Below, one piece after another: positions 53,473-64,000 of a stretch of DNA of 64,000 nt; positions within the stretch are counted from its first letter, which is position 1, and each line of letters begins with the position of its first letter. The position numbers and the translations under genes were made by a program. Under the pieces are notes generated by a model, which was not told the DNA's origin, ran no database searches, and saw only the letters and a list, made by a program, of their open reading frames with translations. Source of the stretch: Azolla caroliniana (taxonomy: Eukaryota > Plantae > Polypodiophyta); contig JBHGNT010000007.1 in assembly GCA_043228905.1 (NCBI GenBank), forward strand, positions 21,204,001-21,268,000. Direction: 5' to 3'.

Positions 53473-53899
53473 GTAGAATATACATATACATATGGACACA
53501 TATATATGTTGTATGGAACATACATACACACACACAAACATAACACACAACATACATGCTATACATACAATAAATGCAATTAAATAAAATACAATACAAT
53601 ATGTACATAATACACACATACCTATATACACATGCAATGCAATCCATACAATACCTATATACACATATAATGCATACATACATACACATATACACACATA
53701 ACACGATATGTACATACATACACACACGCACACGCACAAAATGCAATACAATACAATACAATACAATATGTACATACATACACACATACCTATGTAAACA
53801 TGCAATACAATCCATACAATACATATATACACATATAACACATACATACATACACATATACACACATAACACAATATGTACACATATACGATGTATTGA

Positions 53900-53930
<31 letters not shown>

Positions 53931-54195
53931 AAAAAACATAACAAACAACACACATGCATACCACATACAAACATATATGATGTATGGAACATACATACAC
54001 ACACACAAACATAACACACAACACACATGCATACCACATACAAACATATATGATGTATAGAACATACATACACACACACAAACATAACACACAACACACA
54101 TGCATACCATATACAAACATATATGATGTATGGAACATACATACACACATGCATACCACATTCACAATGCACACATACACACCTATATATGATGT
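50542..54195. repeat. Long CA/TA/TACA low-complexity region with internal duplications and a GC-rich island at ~52820-53025
   Basis: Microsatellite-derived sequence; 219-bp duplication (50650/50869); CATTGAATCATGTA recurs at ~51360, 51730, 52140 and 52486. Confidence 0.9.
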
Positions 54196-56258
54196 ATGGT
54201 TATATGAAAAGTGATAGGTGGGCCATTCTATGTGTAGATAATGGATGAAGAATCTATCATTGAAGTGTTTGAACATGAGAGGGATGTTGAAGATAAACCT
54301 TTGGGCATTGTAAGTGTGAGAGGAACTCTTACATATGCAAAGATTCGAGTGGAAATAATTGAGGATGGTATATTTGATGAACCATTTTCCTTTGTGTACA
54401 CAGAAAATAATATTTTGAATGGGAAACAAGAAGAGAAATGGCATTTAAAAGAAAATAAAGTCTATATCAAGCCTAGTATTGATAAACAACAAAGAGTCTC
54501 TTCAAAAGAATCATGCACTAATGTTGAGGGTTCATTGTTGAGTCAAGTTGGGGACAATTTTAAAGATACATCTCCAATTGAAACAATCAAGGATAAGATT
54601 CCTAGAGATGTTTTAGGTAAATGGATGATAGAATGTAATAGGATACGTGTAAAATTAAGCAATGCTACAGTTCCTCGAGATGATAAATTTGAGTTGAAGG
54701 TTGAGGATTTTTGTGGAAAAACAATCATAAGATTATGGTGTAATGAGTGTGGAGAACCCTATGGTGCTAGTTCTACGGAAGCAAAAATAGCAAATGTGTG
54801 TCTTAATAATTTTTTTAGAAGTCATATTAAGAGCCAAAGTAATGAAAAAATATTATGCTTGAAGGGGGTTAAGCCAACAAGATGAATCAATAAACTTATC
54901 TAAAATAGATGACGAGGCCTATATCAAGTCTTCATTGGAAGTTCTGAAGACTTTTAATGACACTACAAGTGGTAAGCATGTTTGTACTTTAAACCTTAAT
55001 ATTGTAGTTCTGAATAATATGCTAATATATGTGAAAAATGTTTTTTATAGATGCAGAATTTGATTTAATAGAGGCAACACTTCATGGATATAAAGATAAG
55101 GCAATGGTGAAGGTAAAATGCAAGATTCATGGATCTTGGTTGCCATTATGCCCTCCATGGAGTGATTTGTCAACAATTTTGTCTCAACACATACAATCCA
55201 AGACCCATCTAAAGGCAATGGAGATGGTTCGACATGCTGGTACACCAATAATGAGTGGATTTCCGGGTCATCCACGAAAACAAGAAGCTTTACCTTCAAA
55301 TCAACAAACCTTGAGCAAATTTCTTGTTTCAACTGTGCGACCTTCGTCTAGTCAAGAATGTGAGTTCTCTACTCCACATTATGTTGGTTTGTCACTATTG
55401 TGTTGGGGATATTGGCATAATAACATAGTGATAAATGATGAAGAAATACGTGTAAAATCATTTCTCATCGATCAAAATCATGGAGCCTTATGGTTCTCTA
55501 AGCCTTACACAAAAGCTGTTGTGATGTATGAGATGTAAGAGTGTGTTATTGATGGATGTTTCCGCCATTTTGATTGTAAAAGAGTATCGAAGGTTGAAGA
55601 ACCATTTCATAATCTTACATGTGAAAAATGTAATGAAATTCCGAAATGTAATGATTTCCGTATGAGGGTGTATAGGGAGCATAAGGCTAAAGTCAAAAGA
55701 GGTAATCGAGGAACTGGGGAGGGTAGGCGACTGGATTATCTTACTCAAGAAGAGACAAGAAAGGAAATTTCAAGTTCTAAGCAAACTATCCATCGTGCTC
55801 ATAGACAAATATGGTGGCTAGCTTGCAAAGTTGCAATGCTTTCGGCAAAGGTAATGACTCTCAAGGAAGCATCCCTTGAGAGTGTGGAATGGAAGGATGT
55901 TCGAAGATTTTGTAATAACATTATTGAGGCTCATCGAGCAATTTGGTGGAAAGAATGCATTATGGGATTTCTTGACAGATGTTGCACAAAACCTTACTCG
56001 AAAGCCACATGGACAACGATTTAAAGACACATCTAAGGCAATTTTCGTCATGATAAAAATGTGGGGTGGACCAAGATTATACGACTTTGTTTCTAAAAAT
56101 TTAGATGGACCATCATTAAGCCCTACAAAGAGAGTTGAGAGGAAGACAACTAAATTCCTTCTAAGGATCCATGAATATATATTCCAGGATGTGGCTAAGA
56201 TTTATGAAAATGAAAAAAGAGTGCATGACATTATAACAAAGGTTCCTTTCATTATTGC

Positions 56259-56644
56259 CGCCTCTCACCGGACCTGCGTCATCCGGTTCTCACCGGGTCT
56301 TCCGTTGTCGGGTACTCATATCCCATCCGGAGGGACCAAAATCCTAACAAACTCCCCCTTCACTCCGGCATGGGATGCCTCGTCAATCCGATCCTCTTTC
56401 GGCATGCGTCTAGCTTGTTGGGTGTCAACACCTTGGTTAGCATATCCGACCCGTTGTCCTCCGTGTGGATTTTCGTCAGCACAGACTCTCGATCTTCTAC
56501 TCGCTCCCAGATCTAGTGGTACCTACGTTGGATGTGCTTCATCCGGGAATGGTAGGCCGCGTTCTTTGCAAGGTGGATGGCACTCTGATTGTCGCAATAG
56601 AACTGGTATTCCTCTTGCTGAATCCCTAGGTCTCCAATGAAGTC
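56259..56644 (-). mobile_element. Copia 3' fragment (RNaseH end, PPT, first ~90 bp of LTR) inserted in the transposase
   Basis: Minus strand reads YCDNQSAIHLAKNAAYHSRMKHI..DMLTK, then AAGGGGGAGTT followed by TGTTAGG. Confidence 0.88.
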
Positions 56645-56923
56645 CTTCATCCATCAATGTGTCTCATCATGTATGATAAAGGTGGGTGACTCTAATGTTG
56701 GTTATGAAACCATTGTTAGCTCCTTTAAAGACTATGTGGTTGGACATTATGTTAGGGTGTTAATTGTGAATCCTCTTCACCCTAAACTTCCACAATTAAT
56801 TTTGGTTGTACAATGTACATGTAATTGCTTTGATGTAGATTTTGTAAAATGCCAATGGAATGAAGTGGAAACTCTATGGGAAAAACACCTCTCCACAAGT
56901 ATTGGGCCAATTGTTGGACATGT

Positions 56924-59900
56924 TGTTGAGAATCAAGCTCAACTTGGTCTAGTGGGTGAACTCACCTTGAGAGTGAATAGACACTCCAACGGTCAAGAGT
57001 CACCATTATGTCACCTCTTTGTATTCTAGCATTTAGTATGAGTCATAGAATCATATTCTATGACACATAACTTATGAGCTTTCACATTCCCCATACTCCA
57101 TGAGTCTTGTAGTTAATGAAGAGAGAGGGTGACTATATAAAGCACCCTCCTCCCACCTTGTATAGTGTTGAGTCTTTCTCCTTTGTTAATATACTCTTAC
57201 CTTGCGTATTCTCTGTGTCTTATTCCTTGTCTCTCTCACTCTGTCTCTGTCTTCCGCTTGACAAGAATCCATATCTGATTCTTTACATGGTATTAGAGAG
57301 ATTTGGTAGCTCGATCTAGCCCATTCGCTTCATCGTGATCGTATGTTGTGCTCCACACCGATGACCAAGAACCGGCTCATTGCTATCGTAGCTTCACTAC
57401 ATAGCTCGCATTCGAAGAGAGAAGAAGAAGAAGAAGAATCGACATAATGAATACTCAAATGGGGAGCGCTCTCCCCACCGAGAAGTTGGATCGAAACAAC
57501 TTCGCATCTTGGGAGTACAAGTTGCACCAATACCTTGTCGGACAAGGCTATTGGAGCTACATCAAAGGAGTGCATGAAGACCGACCCGCCGAAACGGCTC
57601 CCAAATACGCGACATGGGAGCAAGCCGCAAGCCGCGTGATGTATTGCTTGGCGACATGTGTTCATGATCACATGCTCAGCTACATTCGCGAAGCCAAGAT
57701 GCCAAAGGAGGCATGGGAAAATCTATGAAAGATTTTTGCGGCGAACACAACCGCAAGAAGGCTTCAACTCCGCCAAGAGTTGAACAACATTCAACAAAGG
57801 GAAATGTCCATTACGACATACACCTCGAAGATCAAGGAGCTTTGCGATTCGCTCGGCTCAATAAGCATAAATATCAATGATGATGAGATGGTTCAAATAT
57901 GCCTCAGCGGCCTCGCACCACGGTTCGGTGCGATGCGAACCGCCGTTCTAGCACGGAAGAAATCTCCCACCTTCTTCGAGCTCCAATCAATGCTATTGGT
58001 CGAAGAAAACCATGTGCGTACAAGGAGCAATGAGTCGGAAGGCCACATGCTCTACACGCACTCGAATGGAGGAAGAGGACGCGGACGGTCGAGAGGCCGA
58101 TTCGGCCAAGGACAAGGCGGACGAGGTCCGACCTCCCAATTTCGGCCGCAAAATGGAAGCCAACGAGGAACCTTCGCAAAAAGGGGTAGCTTCCACTCCG
58201 GCCCGAGCCGTCAAAATGCAACCGAATGCGGATATTGCGGAAAGCTCGGCCACCACGAAGAAGACTGCCGAAAGAAGATGCGTGAATCGGCTTCCACAAG
58301 CCGACAACTCACGAATTACGCGCACAATTCCGACTACGAAGAGTATAGCGGAATGTACAGGCACAACTCCGACTACGAAGATCGTGGCGGAATGTATGCA
58401 CACAACTCCGACTGTGGCGGAATGTACAGGCACAACTCCGACTACGAAGATCGTGGCGGAATGTATGCACACAACTCCAACTGTGGCGGAATGTACAAGC
58501 ACAACTCTGACTACGAAGAGTATAGCGGAATGTACAGGCACAACTCCGACTACGAAGAGTATAGCGGAATGTACAGGCACAACTCCGACTACGAAGATCG
58601 TGGCGGAATGTATGCACACAACTCCGACCTTGGCGGAATGTACAGGCACAACTCCGACTACGAAGATCGTAGCGGAATGTATGCACACAACTTCGACCGT
58701 GGCGGAATGTTCATGATGAAACATAGAGCAAACTCTATGTTGGCCGCTACCTCAACTAGTGCCTCCGGTCCGGAAGACGTATGGTTCGCCGATTCCGGTG
58801 CCTCGAACCATATAACATCACATCAAGAATGGTTCCGAGAACTTCGAGAGCCGGACCGACCCAGCTATGTCGAAACCGGAGACGACACTACGCACCCGAT
58901 TCGGCACATCGGCAATGTTCTGTTCGGAAAAGAAGGTAAGAAAAATTACATTAAAAATGTCTTCCATGTACTGACCATTACGAAGAATTTGGTCTCCGTC
59001 GGCCAAATTGTAGAGCAAGGGATACAAGTTCGATTTAATCAAGGCGGTTGCTTCATCGAAAAAGAGGGCCAACTGATCACACACAGACGAAGAGAGAGCC
59101 GAATGTTCATTCTCGACTCACACGAGATGAAATCGGCCATGTTCGCAAAGGGCATGAAAGCCGACTCCGACATAGAGTTGTGGCACAAGCGGATTGGCCA
59201 TATAAATCTCCAAAAGCTCAAAGCAATGAAGTCGAAAGGAGTCGTCATCGGACTCCCAACATTCAAACAGAAGGGGATTGAAGGTGTATGCGAAGCGTGC
59301 CAATTCGACAAGCAACACCGACACCTATTCCCGAAAGAGCGGAACGTGAGCAAAGGTCTACTCAACGTAGTCCATTCCGACGTATGGGGACCGGCGCAGA
59401 CGACTACATTCGGTGGATGCCGATATTACGTGCTCTTAATCGACAACTTCTCCAAGCACACTTAGATCTACCCAATGTGGCAAAAGAGCGAAGTTTTCGG
59501 ACACTTCCAAAAATTCAAGAATGAAGTCGAGAAAGCCACGGGCCGACATGTATGTTGTCTTCGATCTGATGGCGACAAGGAGTACTTCTCGGACAATTTC
59601 ACGGCGTATCTCCGAAAGGAAGGAATTCGACGAGAATTCACTTGCCGACACACTCCGCAACAAAACGGACTAGTCGAGCGCAAAAATCGGCACATCCTCG
59701 AAGTAGTGCGGGCCATGATGAACGAGAAGCATATGCCCAAGTCATATTGGGCCGAAGTTGCAAATACAGTCGTCTACCTAATGAACCAGTGCACAACATC
59801 CGGCGTGGACAAGGTCACTCCGCACGAAAAATACTTCGGAAAGAAGCCGGACTTATCGCACATCCGGATATTCGGCGCGATAGCGTACGTGCACATCCCC

Positions 59901-62345
59901 GACGAGAAGCATCAAAAGCTTGACCCGAATTCGAAGAAATGTATCCTCGTAGGATACTCATTGGAGCAAAAGGGGTACAAGTGCTACAACCCCTCAACTC
60001 AAAAATCTCGAGTAAGTCGAGACGTCGTTTTTGACAAGTCCGCATCCTGGTACGCACCAGAGACGACTTTGACTTCGACTTCGCTCGACCCGGAATCCAC
60101 CGAACAAGAGATAGAGGATGAAGATTGCCTTACGCGCATGTTCGAAGAAAGTCCGATTACGACCCGACTAAGCGGACAACAAGAGCCTTTGAGTGATCAA
60201 AGCACATCATGGCCTAGCCCGAAGATGGACAAAGGCAAGGCCAAAATGGCGGTATACGCAGACGATCGCTTCGACGACGATGAGTCGACTGACTCACTCG
60301 ACAGTGAGTTTGGTGGCTTGGATGTACCAATCGGAGCTAAGAAAGCCCTCATCTCTACAAATGAAAAGCTCCGCCGCTCCACCCGTGAAAAGAACCCCGT
60401 AAGCCGATTCGGCTACAACGATTATATGGCGTACCATTACGCCTTTATGATGAAGGTGGCGACAGTACGCGAGCCAGAAACTTTTTCCGAAGCAGCCAAG
60501 GATTCGCGATGGATCGAAGCCATGAACGAGGAGATACAAGCACTACGCAAGAACGAGACATGGGATCTCGTTCCCACCTCACCACACAAAAAGGTGATCG
60601 GATGCAGATGGATTTACAAAGTGAAGTACAACGCCGACGGTTTCATCAACCGCTACAAAGTGCGACTCGTAGCGAAAGGCTATGCCCAAACGCATGGGGT
60701 TGACTACGAGGAGACCTTCGCCCCGGTGGCAAAGATGAGGACGGTACGGACCGTAATTGCGCGTGCCGCGGCGAAAGGGTGGCACCTCCATCAAATGAAC
60801 GTCAAGAACACCTTTCTACAAGGCGAATTAGAAGAGGAGGTGTACATGATACAACCACCCGGCTTCGGATCACGCATTCATCTGAAAGCTATGTGCCGAC
60901 TCAAGAAGCCACTCTACGGCCTCAAGCAAGCACCGCGTGCTTGGCATTCGAAGATAACGCAATATCTTCATCAAATCGGCTTCCGTATGTCCAAATCGGA
61001 CAACTCCCTCTACATACGAAGCGATTCCGCAAGTCCGATCGTCATCATCTTATATGTGGATGATCTAGTCATTGGAGGTGAGCATCTCGTCGAAATCAAT
61101 AAGGTCAAATCCCTCCTTTCCGACAAGTTCGAGATGACGGACATGAAGGAGCTCCATTACTTCCTCGGCATCGAGGTAATTCGGACTTCGGCCGGAATCA
61201 TGATCTCTCAATGACACTACATCCTCAACTTGTTATACAAGTTCAATATGGCTAAGTGCAAATCCATGGCAACCCCGCTTGATCGTAATCTCAAACTAGA
61301 TGCGAACTCCGGCGCCAAAGCGTGTGAGCCGACTCAATATCGGCAACTTATCGGGACTCTTATCTACCTCATGATCACTCGACCCGATCTTAGTTATCCG
61401 GTCGGTCTTCTTAGTCAATTCATGCAAACACCGCGTGATACTCACTTGGATTGCGCTAAGCAAGTTGTACGGTATGTGAGCAACATAGTGGATTGCGGCA
61501 TCCTCTACAAGACCGCGATGCCAATACGTCTCGAGGGGTACACAGACGTCGATTGGGCCTGCTACAAAGTCGATAGAAGATCAACCTCCGGATTTGTTTT
61601 CTCCTTCAGCAACGGACCAATATCCTGGAGTAGCAAGAAGCAGCCTATCGTCGCTCTTTCGAGTACGGAGGCGGAATATAGGGGCGCAGCCATAGCTGCA
61701 TGTGAAGCCTATGGCTCAAGAGTATTTTGAAGGATCTGGGCATACCCATCAAGGATTTGACTTCCCTTTACTGCGACAACATGAGCAATATCTATCTGGC
61801 TCGGAACCCAGTGTTCCACGCACGGACAAAGCACATCGAAGTGCACTATCACTTCATCCGAGAGCGCGTTCTAGCTGGCAATGTCGACCTACAACACATT
61901 AGCACCAATCTTCAAACGACCGACATCTTCACTAAAGCTTTAGGAGTCGACAAGCTATGGCAATTCATGACCGATCTCGGATTGACGATCCCTGACCTGC
62001 CAAGCTTGAGGGGGAGTACTGAATAGACACTCCAACGGTCAAGAGTCACTATTAGGTCACTTCTTTGTATTCTAGCATTTAGTATGAGTCATAGAATCAT
62101 ATTCTATAACACATAACTTATGAGCTTTCACATTCCCCATGCTCCATGAGTCTTGTAGTTAATGAAGAGAGAGGGTGACTATATAAAGCACCCTCCTCCC
62201 ACCTTGTATAGTGTTGAGTCTTTCTCCTTTGTTAATATACTCTTACCTTGCGTATTCTCTGTGTCTTATTTCTTGTCTCTCTCACTCTGTCTCTGTCTCT
62301 CATACACACACATAACTCATATCTCTTCCACTTCACAAGAATCCA
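56924..62345 (+). mobile_element. Near-complete Ty1/copia (family C): 5' LTR 56924-57287, PBS-Met, gag-pol, 3' LTR remnant 62020-62345
   Basis: CGYCGKLGHHEEDC; WFADSGASNH; LRSDGDKEY; LYVDDLVIGG; YCDNMS..HIEVHYHF. The 3' LTR lacks both ends, so no TSD is visible. Confidence 0.95.
58323..58712 (+). repeat. In-frame minisatellite (11 units of 39/39/30 bp) in the copia Gag-PR linker
   Basis: Units encode HNSDYEEYSGMYR, HNSDYEDRGGMYA and HNSDCGGMYR. Confidence 0.95.
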
Positions 62346-62785
62346 AGATGGAGATAGTAGGAGAAGAAAGATTATGCTTCAAGATTACTTAACCCCAAGC
62401 ATATGCTTAAGATATAAATTGCCTTGGGATGGTTGGATCTTCACATGTCAAATGCATAATGATATGGTAAGTTGTCTTCATGATCAAGATTTCATCCATA
62501 ATGGAAAGAAACTTGTGAATGCACTAGATAATCCCTCAAGACAATTAGTAATCAGAGATGTATGGATCACATTGAATCACGTGTCATTGGTATATAATAA
62601 CTTCTCTATTGATGCACATGACTTAAGGGAATGTGATATTAAGAGAGACGATAGACAAAATTGGGTTGGAGCCCAAAGAATTGCAAGTAGAAATGTTACT
62701 AATTGTTTAAAGATGTTATACCAAGGTGGAGAAGGTGTCAAAGTAAGAGAAAGAGGTGCTTTGGGAACACATGTATACTTGCATA

Positions 62786-64000
62786 CAAGGCCTAAAATTG
62801 ACGGGTTAGTCTTTAAGTTTTTTGGCGGGCATTTTTTAAAGATGTATGTCATATGACACGAGAGTGCAAAAACTAACATGTCATTTGACATACAAGTTTT
62901 AATAATAAACATTTATTATAAGTATACAACGATACACAAATAAACATAACTACGTCACAAAGATAATGAAAACATACAAATTGAATACTTAAATCATCAT
63001 ATATTTCTTAAAGCCCAAAAAACACAAAAAATGTTTATCATACCGTGACTCCTCATATTAAGCATTCTGCAATATGTGTCTACTTCAATGATACTATCCT
63101 TCACTCTTTATCTTCAAACCAAAGGTTAAATATATCCCTCCAACAAATGTTTGATGTATCTTGAGCATTCAAGGATATAAACATTAAAGCATCTAAAGTT
63201 TCCAAAGATAAACCGTTTCTAATATCATTTTTTATGATATTTTGACGTGAAAAACCTCGTTCACATGCTGCCATACTAATAGGAATAGTCATACATAGTT
63301 GCCACAATTGCGTAATACCTGGAAATAATTGCCACCAAGATTGTGCTTTGCAACAAATATCCCATGCATCATGCATTCCTCTTCCTTTAGCAATTCTAAC
63401 AAGCATACCAACAAAATCTTCTCGCTCATTGAAGAAAAAGATCAAGAGAAAAAAGTAGTGGATATATTAAAACAAGAGGACAATAAAAATGTTAGGTAAT
63501 AATGCTCGTCGACTTTTCATGAACCCATAAATAATTGAGTTTGAACTCATAAGATGTTATAGAAAATAAAATTGATTGAATGTAAAATGTGAGCATGGTG
63601 AGGTTGTTCCATCTTCTATGTTACATTCCTTATATAATTGCAGTCTGCAACATATGTTTCTTCAAAACCTTTCTTGACATTTAATCAATATGGTGAGGTA
63701 AATATACTTAGGGAGAAAAAAGAAGAGAAATTGGTAGTGTCTAAAAAAGTTTTTCCCTATTAAAAGAGATTCATACACAAAACAAAGATAAGAAAATTCA
63801 ATGATGGGAGACAAAGGAATCCAATAAAGGAAATGGTTAACAATGGCCCTGTCATCGCACGCCCTTCCTTAGTTGAAACTATTGTCAAAAACTAAACCTA
63901 AATATGTAAGCATTGAGGAAGTTACGAAGCTACAATCAATGTACTCTAAATAATTGCGATTCAAAAATAGTCAAGATGACTTGTTGCACATAAAGCATAA
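62786..64000 (-). mobile_element. hAT-family transposon, 3' part (dimerisation domain 63101-63445), truncating the upstream transposase
   Basis: WWQLFP..LWQLCMTIPISMAACERGFSRQNIIK..RNGLSLETLDALMFISLN. Putative terminus CAAGGCCTAAAATT at ~62786 (boundary uncertain). Confidence 0.75.

Larger units (their letters stand above)
54241..62785 (+). pseudogene. DNA transposase with P-element-like motifs and N-terminal zinc fingers; pieces 54241-56258, 56645-56923, 62346-62785; intron 54972-55050
   Basis: After removing insertions: ..KMWGGPRLYDFVSKNLDGPSL..VPFIIA // ..VNPLHPKLP..CTCNCFD..IGPIVGH // DGDSRRRK..HDQDFIHNGKKL..DRQNWVGAQRI. N-terminal CxxC..H..H-like fingers. The superfamily call rests on motif resemblance only. 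Confidence 0.65.

Noticed and set aside
50953-54444. Many 100-340 aa ORFs rich in H/T/Y/I or C/V/M/Y (also at 17746-18272)
   Set aside because: They are translations of CA/TACA microsatellites, not genes.
58323-58712. CRISPR-like appearance of the regular repeats
   Set aside because: There are no unique spacers, the repeat is in-frame coding sequence in a copia polyprotein, the context is eukaryotic and no cas genes are present.

Overview
This is eukaryotic plant nuclear DNA, probably from a fern (inferred from a DYW:WW-type PPR editing-factor pseudogene and the retroelement lineages). Most of the window is nested, deleted and rearranged transposable elements: five Ty1/copia pieces, four Ty3/gypsy-type elements including a chromovirus, three solo LTRs, tRNA-derived SINEs, a LINE fragment, a Mutator-like MITE and a hAT fragment. 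A small gene island (about 16-28 kb) holds a spliced HVA22/TB2-DP1-like gene (+), a decayed PLS-E-DYW:WW PPR gene (-) and an FCP1/NIF-like exon fragment. The main oddities are: (1) a 17-kb gypsy element with no polypurine tract, carrying instead a sense tRNA-Arg-like 3' end (T-arm plus CCA) 2 nt before its 3' LTR, complementary to its own PBS; (2) a spliced, zinc-finger-bearing transposase with P-element-like motifs; (3) two unrelated solo LTRs that each begin with an outward-facing tRNA/SINE module; (4) a 24-kb gene-bearing segment that appears to sit inside the RT gene of one copia, itself nested in a gypsy. All coordinates and identities were read by eye and no database searches were run.
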